A stretch of 64,000 nt of DNA, from NCBI GenBank assembly GCA_964423445.1, contig CAYREQ010000001.1, positions 65,732-129,731 of the forward strand. The letters run 5' to 3'. The first letter of the stretch is position 1. The number at the start of each line of letters is the position of its first letter. Shown one piece after another: positions 31,331-41,114 of this stretch. The DNA comes from an uncultured Candidatus Saccharibacteria bacterium. Lineage in GTDB: Bacteria > Patescibacteriota > Minisyncoccia > Phycocordibacterales > UBA9973. The notes under the pieces are model-generated. The model searched no databases and had not been told where the DNA came from. It was given only the letters and a program-made list of their open reading frames with translations. The position numbers and the translations under genes were made by a program.

Positions 31331-32671
31331 ATGAAAAAAAAGAAAGGATTTATAGATGTAGTAGTAGGCCTCCAATGGGGTGATGAAGGTAAAGGTAAAA
31401 ATATAGATCAACTTCTTTCAAGTAATATTTATTCTGGCGTTGCTCGCTTTCAAGGCGGAGCAAATGCTGGGCATACTTTAAAATACAAAGACACTACATT
31501 TATCGGACACATAGTCCCCTCTGGATGCTTGCATAAAAATATAGATTTATACATAGGCAATGAAGTAGTAGTAGACGTGGTCTCTCTAGTGAAAGAAATC
31601 AAGCAATTAAAAGACCTAGGTTTTGATGTGACTTCTCGCCTTTTCATATCTAATAGAGCAAAACTCGTCTCATATATGCACCCTATTTTAGATGCTGCAG
31701 ATGAGCAGAAAAGAAATAAGTCTGGAAATAAGATAGGTACTACAAATAGAGGTATCGGCCCTGTGTATAGTGATGTAAGGGCTCGTAGAGCACTCCTTTT
31801 AGGAGATGTGCTTTTGCCAGATTTTAATAAAAAATTAGCCAAACTCGCAGAATTTCATATGAATACTTTGAGTATGTATGAAAAACATTATGATTTTAAA
31901 ATTGATCAAAATAAAATAAAAAAAACAAAAGCTGAGTGGGATAAGTCCATGAAAGAATTACAAAAATTAAATATCTGTGACGTATCTGCCTTGGTACAAA
32001 AAAAACTAAAAGAAGGAAAAAATATTTTAGCTGAAGGTGCACAAGCTGTGATGCTGGATATTGATTTCGGAGATTATCCAAATGTCACAAGTAGTAACAC
32101 CTTGCCAGCAAATGTCTGCCTCGGCCTGGGTGTGCCACATACTGCACTTCGTAATATCTATGGAGTCATCAAAGCTTATGTCACCAAAGTGGGTGGAGGT
32201 ACTTTCCCTTCTCGTATAAAAGATGAAAAGATAGAACAGCTTTTTCAAAAAGCTGGAAATGAATTTGGGGCTACTACAGGCCGACCACGTATGTGTGGCT
32301 GGCTAGACCTATTTGCTCTTCGTTATGCGATAGGACTATCTGGTGCAAATAAAATTTTTATAAATAAAGCTGACATCTGCTTGTCAGATAAAATAAAAGT
32401 GGTGACAGGTTATAAAGTAAAAAATAAACAAAAAGAAATAAAGTGTAAAGAATTTCCACTTTATTTGGATGAAGTGAGTAGTGTAATTACAGAAGACATA
32501 GCTGGTTGGGGCGATAAAAATTTTGCAGTATCTAAAAAAGTTAAAGTTTCTAAAGAACTTACTTCATATTTAAAATATATAAAAAATAAACTATCTGATT
32601 TGGATGTAAAAATAATTTCCGTAGGTACAGGTCCAGAGAGAGAACACTATTTCAATTGGGATAAAAACTAA
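31331..32671 (+). CDS. purA: adenylosuccinate synthetase
   Basis: 446 aa. QWGDEGKGK P-loop. GTTNRGIGP and GATTGRPR motifs. Confidence 0.95.
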   Translation: MKKKKGFIDVVVGLQWGDEGKGKNIDQLLSSNIYSGVARFQGGANAGHTLKYKDTTFIGHIVPSGCLHKNIDLYIGNEVVVDVVSLVKEIKQLKDLGFDVTSRLFISNRAKLVSYMHPILDAADEQKRNKSGNKIGTTNRGIGPVYSDVRARRALLLGDVLLPDFNKKLAKLAEFHMNTLSMYEKHYDFKIDQNKIKKTKAEWDKSMKELQKLNICDVSALVQKKLKEGKNILAEGAQAVMLDIDFGDYPNVTSSNTLPANVCLGLGVPHTALRNIYGVIKAYVTKVGGGTFPSRIKDEKIEQLFQKAGNEFGATTGRPRMCGWLDLFALRYAIGLSGANKIFINKADICLSDKIKVVTGYKVKNKQKEIKCKEFPLYLDEVSSVITEDIAGWGDKNFAVSKKVKVSKELTSYLKYIKNKLSDLDVKIISVGTGPEREHYFNWDKN

Positions 32672-32674
32672 AAA

Positions 32675-32708
32675 GTCGGCGTGTCCCAAAGGGATGCCGA
32701 CTTTTTTT
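32675..32708. terminator. bidirectional intrinsic terminator between purA and lipoprotein gene
   Basis: GTCGGCGTGTCCC-AAA-GGGATGCCGAC hairpin followed by T7. A-run on the other side. Confidence 0.7.
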
Positions 32709-32726
32709 GAGCGATATTGCTCGATG

Positions 32727-33245
32727 TCATTTGCTGACTTTTTGGAGGAACTCGTTGTAGCCGAAGCTCGTGGCCTCGAAATCTTTCCAAATTCCGTCCA
32801 GTCCGTAATTATCACGCGACACTTTTTCTTTCGATATATCATAATAGAAAAAGTGTTCTTGGTTTTTTATACCTTTGTAATAACCGTAAACGACAATTCG
32901 ACCATCTCCGCCGTCGCCTTTAGGTCCTTTGCCGAGTGCAAGGAAAGCGTGTCGGTTGCCACGGCTGTCAAAGAAGGTGTACTGCTTGGATCTACCTTCG
33001 TAGATGACGAAACCGTGCTTGACGATGTAGTCATTTAACTTGGCGAAGTTTTCGTTGCCGACCGGAATTTCCTTACTTCTGGAAGCTTCCAAGTTTGCTT
33101 TCTCTAAGTTCTGTTTTTTCTCGAACTCGGAAAGCTTGGGGGCGGTAGGGGTAGTGGCCGGTTTTTGTTCCGCCGAACTATTGCCACCACAACCAACCAA
33201 AACAACGACGAACGATACAACGATTACAAACATTAAATTTCTCAC
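32727..33245 (-). CDS. lipoprotein of unknown function (compositionally atypical, higher GC)
   Basis: Lipobox LVGC|GG. SD AGGAG 8 nt before the GTG at 33245 (the track start at 33263 is TTG; the ATG at 33233 is an alternative). GC visibly higher than neighbours. Confidence 0.65.
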   Translation of the reverse strand: MRNLMFVIVVSFVVVLVGCGGNSSAEQKPATTPTAPKLSEFEKKQNLEKANLEASRSKEIPVGNENFAKLNDYIVKHGFVIYEGRSKQYTFFDSRGNRHAFLALGKGPKGDGGDGRIVVYGYYKGIKNQEHFFYYDISKEKVSRDNYGLDGIWKDFEATSFGYNEFLQKVSK

Positions 33246-33336
33246 TTTATTTTCTCCTCTCAAATAGAATGAACTCGCCTCATAACAGGCAAATTCTTTT
33301 TAGAATTAGAGCCAGTTATGTAGCTATCTACTTGAC

Positions 33337-33365
33337 ATAATAGTATATTTATGTTCTTTTGTCAA
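33337..33365 (-). promoter_or_regulatory. canonical sigma70 promoter for lipoprotein gene
   Basis: Minus strand TTGACA(33365-33360)-17 nt-TATTAT(33342-33337). Starts 6 nt after the purD stop. Confidence 0.45.
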
Positions 33366-33370
33366 ATATA

Positions 33371-34645
33371 TTACAGAGCTTTTTTACCTATATCTTTACG
33401 ATACTGCATACCTTCAAATTTTATATCTTCTACGGCTTTATATGCCTTCTTTAGGGCTTCTTCTGGTGTGTTTCCTGTAGCTGAAATGCCGAGAACTCTT
33501 CCCCCATTGGTGACGAGCTCTCTATCTTTTATAGTTGTACCAGCATGAAAGACCACTATGTCTTGATGCATCTCAGCTTTATCTATTCCAGATATCACTT
33601 TCCCTTTTTCATAATTTTCAGGATAGCCACCAGATGCGAGGACTATATTACAAGCTGAAAGTGGTTTCCATTTAATTTCTGTTTTTTCTAGTGTGCCATC
33701 TATGCACGCATCAAAAATATCCAAGATGTCAGAGTCGAGAAGTCGCATATAGCTTTGTGTCTCTGGGTCACCAAAACGCGCATTGTATTCTAGGAGCTTT
33801 GGTCCTGTTTCAGTTAAAATAAGACCTGGGTATAAAATACCCACAAAAGGTGTGCCAGAGTTTGCCATGCCTTTAATTGTCGGAGCTACTATAGTGTCTT
33901 CTATTATTTTAATTAGCTCAGCTGTCACAAAAGGCACAGGAGCTATAGTACCCATGCCTCCAGTATTTAATCCCGTATCCCCTTCAGCCACTTTTTTATG
34001 GTCCTGAGATGTAGGTAATATTTTAAAATTCTTTCCATCAGAAAAAGCATGTATAGATATTTCAGGTCCTGTTAAAAATTCTTCTATCACGACTTCATTT
34101 CCAGCATCACCAAAATTTTTCTTCACCATGATTTCATCCAAGGCATCATTTGCTTCTTCTATTGTCTGGCAAATTATTACACCCTTGCCGAGTGCGAGAC
34201 CACTCGCCTTTACGACGAGTGGAAATTTTTGACGAGTAAGAAAATCTTTTGCATCTTCAACTTTTGTGAAAGTTTTAAATCTAGCAGTCGGTAATCCATG
34301 GTCTGCCATAAAATTTTTAGAAAAAGCTTTTGACCATTCTAGTTTAGAAGCCATCTTGCTCGGCCCCCAAATACGTAGACCTTCTTTCTCAAATTCATCT
34401 ACGATACCGAGAGCTAGTGGATCATCTGGTAGAGCCAGAGTAAGGTCTATCTTCTCTTTCTTTACGAATTCTATAAGTTTTGGAATGTCAGTAGCACTTA
34501 TCGATACATTCATGCCGAGTTTTAAAGTACCTCCATTTCCTGGAGCAAAAAATATATCTCCAGCTTTTGGTGATTGGCGCACTTTCCATCCGACAGCGTG
34601 CTCCCTACCTCCACTACCTATTATTAAAATTTTTAATTTATTCAT
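33371..34645 (-). CDS. purD: phosphoribosylamine-glycine ligase (GAR synthetase)
   Basis: 424 aa. ILIIGSGGREHA N-terminus, ATP-grasp. Confidence 0.95.
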   Translation of the reverse strand: MNKLKILIIGSGGREHAVGWKVRQSPKAGDIFFAPGNGGTLKLGMNVSISATDIPKLIEFVKKEKIDLTLALPDDPLALGIVDEFEKEGLRIWGPSKMASKLEWSKAFSKNFMADHGLPTARFKTFTKVEDAKDFLTRQKFPLVVKASGLALGKGVIICQTIEEANDALDEIMVKKNFGDAGNEVVIEEFLTGPEISIHAFSDGKNFKILPTSQDHKKVAEGDTGLNTGGMGTIAPVPFVTAELIKIIEDTIVAPTIKGMANSGTPFVGILYPGLILTETGPKLLEYNARFGDPETQSYMRLLDSDILDIFDACIDGTLEKTEIKWKPLSACNIVLASGGYPENYEKGKVISGIDKAEMHQDIVVFHAGTTIKDRELVTNGGRVLGISATGNTPEEALKKAYKAVEDIKFEGMQYRKDIGKKAL

Positions 34646-35276
34646 GTTTATTGCAAAGTTTTTCTAAAATTTCTACATACAACATATTTTCTTTTTCTTT
34701 TAATCTAAAATACAAAGAATCTACATCATCATTGGGTTCAATTTTTTCAAATACTCTACCGAGCACAGGACCAAAATCAAATTCAAGTGTTAAAAAATGA
34801 ATAGAAGATCCAGCATAAGTATTTTTTAAATCAAAGAAATTTTGGATAGCTTTTGTCGTCAGCATTCCTTTATTCCATAGACCATTTGTACCATCTGGAT
34901 TTTTTACCACAGTATTTACGCTATCAGGTATCAAGCCTGGGTGTAAATTTAAAATTTTATTTGGGTATGAAGTAATTACATTATCTAAAATGATTTGTTT
35001 CCATCCAGCGAGGCATATATAATCTGGGTTCAATTCTTTTAGTATTGCTAATAACCCCTCTTTGGTGGGACAAATTTTAATATTCAAATTGTGTTTTTCA
35101 GCACGCTCGAGCGCCAAAGTCTCTCCCTTATCAGATACTACACTACAAATCTCTGCATCGAGTTTTCCATTTTCTATGGCATCTATAATAGCTTGCAAAT
35201 TTGTTCCAGTACCGGCATCTGAGACCAATACAGCCAATCTTTTTTTATTGCTATTGTTATTTTGTTGGGACGTCAT
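34638..35276 (-). CDS. purN: phosphoribosylglycinamide formyltransferase
   Basis: 212 aa. LAVLVSDAGTGTNLQAI formyltransferase motif plus conserved N/H/D catalytic region. Confidence 0.9.
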   Translation of the reverse strand: MTSQQNNNSNKKRLAVLVSDAGTGTNLQAIIDAIENGKLDAEICSVVSDKGETLALERAEKHNLNIKICPTKEGLLAILKELNPDYICLAGWKQIILDNVITSYPNKILNLHPGLIPDSVNTVVKNPDGTNGLWNKGMLTTKAIQNFFDLKNTYAGSSIHFLTLEFDFGPVLGRVFEKIEPNDDVDSLYFRLKEKENMLYVEILEKLCNKHE

Positions 35277-36663
35277 AATTTACTTCGCTCTTACGTTCAA
35301 GTATATCAATAGGATAAACTCCCGTAAAGAAAGAAGTAGATAAGTTTTTCTCTGGTAGGCCTATAGACTCTATTAATCCTTCTAGAGAAAGATAATGCAA
35401 TGAAGTAGCACCTAGATATTTTCTTATTTCTTCAATGGTTTTATTTGAAGCAATAAGATTTTTTTGTTTTGGTGTGTCTATGCCGTAAAAATCTGGAAAA
35501 CGAACCGGAGGAGAAGAAACTAAAAAATGAACTTCTTTTGCCCCAGCTTTAAATAGTGATTGGACCAATCTTTTACTAGTCGTCCCTCTCACTATAGAGT
35601 CATCTATTACTATAATTTTTTTACCTTTGAGTACGCCATTCAATGGTATTAGTTTTAATGCCACACTATTTTGCCTAGATTTTTGTGTAGGCTCTATAAA
35701 AGTTCTATGGACATATCTATTCTTTACCAAAGCCATTTCCATAGGAATACCAGATTCTTCACTGTATCCGATAGCCACAGGCATAGCTGTGTCTGGCACC
35801 GGCACCACGATGTCTACTTTTAATTTAAATTTCTTGAATTCTTTTGCCAGAGCTTTACCAAAATTTTTCCTGACATCATATATTAATTTTCCATTTATTA
35901 CACTGTCTGGTCTCGCGAAATATACATACTCAAAAATATCATGTTTATGAACTTCTTTTGAAAGTTGAAAACTTTTCATACCCTTAGAATTTATCACGAG
36001 CATTTCCCCTGGGCGCACTTCTCTTAGAAACTTTGCACCTATAGTAGAAAGTGCACATGTCTCTGAGGCTACTACATAGCCTTTATCTATTTTACCAAGT
36101 GCGAGTGGGCGCATACCATATGAGTCTCTCACAGCTACTAGTGTGTCTTTGTCCATCATTACCAGTGAGAATGCACCAGTTATCAATGGGAAGATTTTTT
36201 TCACTGCCTCTGGTATTGAAGATCCTTTTTTCATTTCAAAATTTATAGCGTCAGCTATGAGCTCTGAGTCCATACGATTATTTTTCAAAGCTTTATTATC
36301 TTTTAGAAAATTTTCCAATGCTTTTACACTTGGCAAATTACCATTGTGAGCTAGAGCAAAATTGTTTTCTTTATTTATGACAGGTTGAGCATGTTCTAAT
36401 GCTCCACCACCAGATGTGGAATACCTGTTGTGCCCTATTCCCAAGTAACCTTTTAGGCTCTCAATGTCACGTTCTTTGTATACTTGAGATACGAGACCAG
36501 CGCCTTTGTGATTAAAAAACTTTTTTCCGTCACTTGTGGTAATACCGGAAGCTTCTTGTCCTCTGTGCTGTAAGGCAAATAAAGCAAAAAATGCCAATCT
36601 AGAAATAGGTAAGTTCTTACCGTATATACCTACGATTCCACATTTTTCTTTTAATTCATTCAT
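35257..36663 (-). CDS. purF: amidophosphoribosyltransferase
   Basis: 468 aa. N-terminal catalytic Cys (KCGIVGIYG), Ntn-GATase plus PRTase domains. Confidence 0.95.
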   Translation of the reverse strand: MNELKEKCGIVGIYGKNLPISRLAFFALFALQHRGQEASGITTSDGKKFFNHKGAGLVSQVYKERDIESLKGYLGIGHNRYSTSGGGALEHAQPVINKENNFALAHNGNLPSVKALENFLKDNKALKNNRMDSELIADAINFEMKKGSSIPEAVKKIFPLITGAFSLVMMDKDTLVAVRDSYGMRPLALGKIDKGYVVASETCALSTIGAKFLREVRPGEMLVINSKGMKSFQLSKEVHKHDIFEYVYFARPDSVINGKLIYDVRKNFGKALAKEFKKFKLKVDIVVPVPDTAMPVAIGYSEESGIPMEMALVKNRYVHRTFIEPTQKSRQNSVALKLIPLNGVLKGKKIIVIDDSIVRGTTSKRLVQSLFKAGAKEVHFLVSSPPVRFPDFYGIDTPKQKNLIASNKTIEEIRKYLGATSLHYLSLEGLIESIGLPEKNLSTSFFTGVYPIDILERKSEVNYDVPTK

Positions 36664-37449
36664 TTACTTAAAATATTTAACTGCGTTTCTAAAAATTTGT
36701 AAGCCTTCACCAACCTTACTCTTCTTCTTGTTTTTCTGCCACAAAGGACTTTGCTGTGGAAACATTGCGCGCTCTGGGTGTGGCATAAGCCCTAAAACTC
36801 TTCCATTATATGCCAAAACCCCAGCAATGTCATAATCTGAGCCATTTGGATTTTTTTCAAGATTTTGGAATTTACAAATTTCTCCTTTCGTATAAGTAAA
36901 AGCAATTTCTCCAAGTTTTTTCATTTGTTCGTATTTATTTTTATCAATTACAAAATGTCCCTCACCGTGTGCTATGGGTACTGATAATTTTTTTATTCCA
37001 GAGAGCCAAGGGCTTTTGCCACTAACTTCCAAGTCCACCCAGCGATCTATATATTTTCCATTTTTATTAAAGGTTAAAGCTCCGGGTAATATCCCTAAGT
37101 TTGTTATTATTTGAAAACCATTACATATACCTATCACCAGAGTATCTCGTGTCAAAAACAGAGCAAGCTCTTTTGATAGGTGATTTTTAAATTTATTAGC
37201 ATATGCTTTTCCACTACCTGTATCGTCGCCATAAGAAAATCCTCCAGGAAAAGCCATGATGTCATAATCCTCTAGCATTTTTGGTTTAGCAATCAAGTCG
37301 TTGATGTGTACGATGTCGGCAACTATAGATTTTTTTTCTTCTCTTCCCGCCCACTCAAAAGCAAACTTTGTCTCTTCTTCGCAGTTGAGTCCATAACCAG
37401 ACAATACTATTACTTTTATTTTATTTTTGTTTTTCATTTTTTGTATCAC
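36664..37449 (-). CDS. purQ: FGAM synthase glutaminase subunit PurQ
   Basis: 261 aa class I GATase (IKVIVLSGYGLNCE, catalytic GICNGFQ, HPE). Confidence 0.85.
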   Translation of the reverse strand: MIQKMKNKNKIKVIVLSGYGLNCEEETKFAFEWAGREEKKSIVADIVHINDLIAKPKMLEDYDIMAFPGGFSYGDDTGSGKAYANKFKNHLSKELALFLTRDTLVIGICNGFQIITNLGILPGALTFNKNGKYIDRWVDLEVSGKSPWLSGIKKLSVPIAHGEGHFVIDKNKYEQMKKLGEIAFTYTKGEICKFQNLEKNPNGSDYDIAGVLAYNGRVLGLMPHPERAMFPQQSPLWQKNKKKSKVGEGLQIFRNAVKYFK

Positions 37450-38122
37450 TATATGTAAAATCTTTTGTATCTTCGTTTACTTTTGGTCTTACGAAATATA
37501 ATCTCCCATTTTTATTATCAAAATATACATCATCTTCTCCGTAACTGTATTTTTTTGGACCATTAATAACTACAGGTTCAAATCCCAAAATTGAATTTGT
37601 TTCTGTAGACAATAATTTTATTGATTCCACAGAAGCTTCTTTAGAGAAATCATCATCAAAGTAATCTCCACCTACTATGACAGCATCTATTGTACCTCGA
37701 ATACATTTTTCTTTGATTTGATAAAGTGCTTTATCAAATTCAGCTTTAAATGAGCTTGATAATTGATGGCTTTTGTCTTTTTTAAAAGCTATAAAGGCAA
37801 ATGGAGCTTGATGGGTTAAAAAAGAAATATTCTCTCCAGTTTCTTTATCTGTACCTTTGACGACTAATCCTGTGCACCTACTAAACCCCTCTGAAAATTT
37901 ATCTCCATCACTTACATTTGATATTATATATCCAGGATAAGAAGACCATTTTACATTTTCCGGATTTTTTAGGTTAAATTTATGAGGAGGAGTTCCCTCT
38001 AGAAATTCTTCATCTCCTTCTAAAAAATCTTTTCTAGCACTTATACAAACCATAATAGGCTTAGCATCTTTATTTAAATGCTCAAATTTTAAACTATTAA
38101 CTTTTGGTATGGATTCTTGCAT
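37421..38122 (-). CDS. conserved hypothetical protein, paralog B of a pair flanking purL
   Basis: 233 aa, cytoplasmic. Shares CTGL[IV]V.G.DK.TG.NISF..HQ.PF, GTIDAVIVGG, LGFEP.VINGPK and RLYF.RPKVN blocks with the 41115..41855 product. Overlaps the purQ start by 29 nt. Confidence 0.7.
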   Translation of the reverse strand: MQESIPKVNSLKFEHLNKDAKPIMVCISARKDFLEGDEEFLEGTPPHKFNLKNPENVKWSSYPGYIISNVSDGDKFSEGFSRCTGLVVKGTDKETGENISFLTHQAPFAFIAFKKDKSHQLSSSFKAEFDKALYQIKEKCIRGTIDAVIVGGDYFDDDFSKEASVESIKLLSTETNSILGFEPVVINGPKKYSYGEDDVYFDNKNGRLYFVRPKVNEDTKDFTYSDTKNEKQK

Positions 38123-38131
38123 ATAGATATT

Positions 38132-41071
38132 TTACTTCATTTTGTTTGAAAAATTATGATAAATTTTGTAAAGGTTTTTGATTTCTGTGTCCACCACCCT
38201 TGTTTTATCTGTAATTATAAATTTACTATCTTTTGTGACTTTTCCTATTTTTGTAATAGCATTTCCTGTCATTATTTTTTCAAAAACTTTTATATTTTTA
38301 GGTGATACTGATACCAAAATTCTACCTTGGCTTTCAGAAAATAATTTTATGTCTGTTTCTTTTGCATTACCCATGAGGTTTTTTATTGAAATATTACATC
38401 CCAGCATTCCACCCACACTAGCCTTCGCTAGTGCTATGGCTAACCCCCCAGAAGTCACAGAAATAGAAGAATTAATAATTTCTTTTTGAATTACTCTTTC
38501 TAATGCTTGATAAGCTTTTATATTTTTTTTCAAACTTACTTTTGGCACATTGTTTCCTGTAGCTCCAAGGATTTTGAAATATTCTCCACCACCTAGCTCA
38601 TCATTTGTCTCACCTATTATATAAATCACATCTCCTATATTTTTAAATTCAGGTGATACAGTTTTATTTAAATCAGGCACTACACTAATGGCAGAAATTA
38701 ATAGTGTGGGGGGTATAGATATCGCCACTGGATTTCCCTTTTCATCGTAACCCTTGAAATCATTAAACATAGAATCTTTTCCAGAAATAAATGGTGTACC
38801 AAACCCTACAGCATAGTCGTAGCAAGCTCTGACTGCCTCTACTAGCTGACCTAATCTTTTTTGATCGTAAGATGAACACCAACAGAAATTATCCAAAATG
38901 GCTATATTTGAAAGTGATCCACCAGAAGCAACACTATTTCTAATAGCAGTATCAATAGCGCAGGCAGCCATATGATAAGTGCTAATGTCTCCATATGAAG
39001 GGAAAAGAGCGGATGAAAGCACAGCTCCTTTTGTAGAGCTGAGGACAGGACGAAAAACTTGGGCATCAGTATTTATTCGTCCAGCCCCTGATAGAGGTTT
39101 TAGTACAGATGAACTTTGTACTTCGTGGTCGTATTGCTCTGAGATAAAAGAAAATCCACTGACGTTTTTATCACCCAATAATTTTTCTAAAATTTTTGTG
39201 TAGTTATTTATTTTTGGAATTTTTGGTTCAGGGTTTTTTTGTTCGACTATGGCTGACATTAGAAATTGTTTTGGTAAGCCATTGTGTAAGAATTCCATAT
39301 CTATGTCCATTATTTTTTTACCACGGTACTCAACTATGCATTTTTTAGAATTGGTAAATTCACCAATTATAGTAGCTTCTACTCCTCTATTTTCCATCAA
39401 TTGTTTAAATATTTTCCATTTATTTTTTGGTACTGACAAAGTCATACGCTCTTGTGATTCCGAAATCCAGATTTCCCATGGTAATAAACCAGGGTATTTT
39501 AGTGGGACTTTTTCTAATTGTACTTTTGCTCCACCAGATTCTTTTGCCATCTCAGCCACAGAACATGATATACCCCCTGCTCCATTGTCTGTGATGCTAC
39601 TATAAAGATTCATCTCTCGTGCTTCTTTTATGATTGCATCACTTAATTTTTTTTGAGTAATTGGGTCTCCTATTTGTACTGCGGTAGCAGGAGAATTTGA
39701 ATCCATCGCCACAGAAGAAAATGTAGCACCATGAATACCATCTCTGCCGACTCTGCCACCTACTACTACGATATAGTCTCCTGCACGAGCCTGTTTTTCA
39801 TGCATGAGTCTACCGTTTAATTTTCTTGGAATAATTCCTACAGTTCCTGCGAAAACTAAAGGTTTACCTCGATATCTATCATCGTATTTTACAAATCCTG
39901 AGAGTGTAGGAATTCCTGAGCAGTTTCCTCCGACATTTATTCCTTTTATAACTCCATCCATAATTCTTTTTGGTGATAGCATTTTATTTTTCAAATTTTT
40001 ATCACGGAAAAGTGGACGATTGTCTTCGGGGTTTCCAAAACAAAATCCATATACATTTGCTACAGGCTTGGCACCAAGCCCAAAACCAATAGTGTCTCTA
40101 TTTACTCCGACGATGCCAGTAATAGCTCCACCAAATGGATCTAATGCAGATGGGCTATTATGAGTCTCTACTTTGTGGGTAATTAAATATTTATCATCAA
40201 AAATTATTCCACCTGAGTTGTCACTAAACACAGAAACACAGAAGTCATTTCTACCTTTTTGTTTTCGTATTAGATTAGTCGCACCTTGGATATATGTCTT
40301 GTATAAGCCAGATTTTATATCATCTATTTGGTTTGCGAATATCGTATGTTTGCAGTGCTCAGACCAAGTCTGTGCTAGAGATTCTAATTCTATGTCTGTA
40401 GGGTCTCGTTTTAGTTTTTTAAAATAATCTCTAATTGTATGCATTGAGTCGAGGTCAAGCGCTAGTGGGCCTCTACGAGTGCCATCTGTATTTTCTATTC
40501 CTTCCCTACCTATTTTTATGAGTTCATCTTCTTTTAAATTTAATTTTACTTTAATTACCGGAGTTTTTTTATCTAAAACTACTTGTGGGATTTTGTTTGG
40601 TAAGCTCGCACCTTTTTTTACGATATTTGATCGCTCTATTAATGGATTGTGTAAAGACAATGCAATTTTTTGAGCATCTTCTGTTTTTATAGAACCAGAT
40701 ACTATGAAAACTTTTGAAGTAAATACTTCAAAGTTGTTTTTATTTTTTAAATGTAATAAATCAGAGATAGTTTCTTTTGTGCTGTGAGCCACATTGTCAG
40801 TGACCCCAGGAAGAAATCCTATTTCAACTATATAAGAAAAACCAGATACACGCGGTATCTGGTCTATAGAAAATTCTTCAAGAATTGGGTTTGTGAGGGC
40901 AGATGCTATTTTAGACAATTCTATATTTTTAAAGTTGTGTTTGATTAAGTAGGATTCGATTATTTGCACTCCTGTAACCTTGCCAGACAATCCAAGGGTA
41001 TTGAAAGATTTCACATACAAATTACCTCGTATGTCTTCCCCTTTAGACTTTACATATATTCGTGAAATCAT
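38132..41071 (-). CDS. purL: FGAM synthase PurL with about 230-aa N-terminal extension (possible fused PurS-like domain)
   Basis: 979 aa. smPurL core (SEHCKHTIF, AIRS-like duplicated domains) preceded by an extra N-terminal region. No separate purS in the cluster. Confidence 0.9.
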   Translation of the reverse strand: MISRIYVKSKGEDIRGNLYVKSFNTLGLSGKVTGVQIIESYLIKHNFKNIELSKIASALTNPILEEFSIDQIPRVSGFSYIVEIGFLPGVTDNVAHSTKETISDLLHLKNKNNFEVFTSKVFIVSGSIKTEDAQKIALSLHNPLIERSNIVKKGASLPNKIPQVVLDKKTPVIKVKLNLKEDELIKIGREGIENTDGTRRGPLALDLDSMHTIRDYFKKLKRDPTDIELESLAQTWSEHCKHTIFANQIDDIKSGLYKTYIQGATNLIRKQKGRNDFCVSVFSDNSGGIIFDDKYLITHKVETHNSPSALDPFGGAITGIVGVNRDTIGFGLGAKPVANVYGFCFGNPEDNRPLFRDKNLKNKMLSPKRIMDGVIKGINVGGNCSGIPTLSGFVKYDDRYRGKPLVFAGTVGIIPRKLNGRLMHEKQARAGDYIVVVGGRVGRDGIHGATFSSVAMDSNSPATAVQIGDPITQKKLSDAIIKEAREMNLYSSITDNGAGGISCSVAEMAKESGGAKVQLEKVPLKYPGLLPWEIWISESQERMTLSVPKNKWKIFKQLMENRGVEATIIGEFTNSKKCIVEYRGKKIMDIDMEFLHNGLPKQFLMSAIVEQKNPEPKIPKINNYTKILEKLLGDKNVSGFSFISEQYDHEVQSSSVLKPLSGAGRINTDAQVFRPVLSSTKGAVLSSALFPSYGDISTYHMAACAIDTAIRNSVASGGSLSNIAILDNFCWCSSYDQKRLGQLVEAVRACYDYAVGFGTPFISGKDSMFNDFKGYDEKGNPVAISIPPTLLISAISVVPDLNKTVSPEFKNIGDVIYIIGETNDELGGGEYFKILGATGNNVPKVSLKKNIKAYQALERVIQKEIINSSISVTSGGLAIALAKASVGGMLGCNISIKNLMGNAKETDIKLFSESQGRILVSVSPKNIKVFEKIMTGNAITKIGKVTKDSKFIITDKTRVVDTEIKNLYKIYHNFSNKMK

Positions 41072-41114
41072 ATAGGTATATTAATATATATAGAGCTTAA
41101 AGACAAATCAAATT

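Noticed and set aside
37421-38122. Assigning the purL-flanking paralogs to NlpC/P60 or class I glutamine amidotransferase families
   Set aside because: The RCTGLV segment only superficially resembles DCSGLV or GxCxG. The Cys-His spacing of about 25 aa does not fit. The proteins have no signal peptide. The similarity is insufficient without a profile search.
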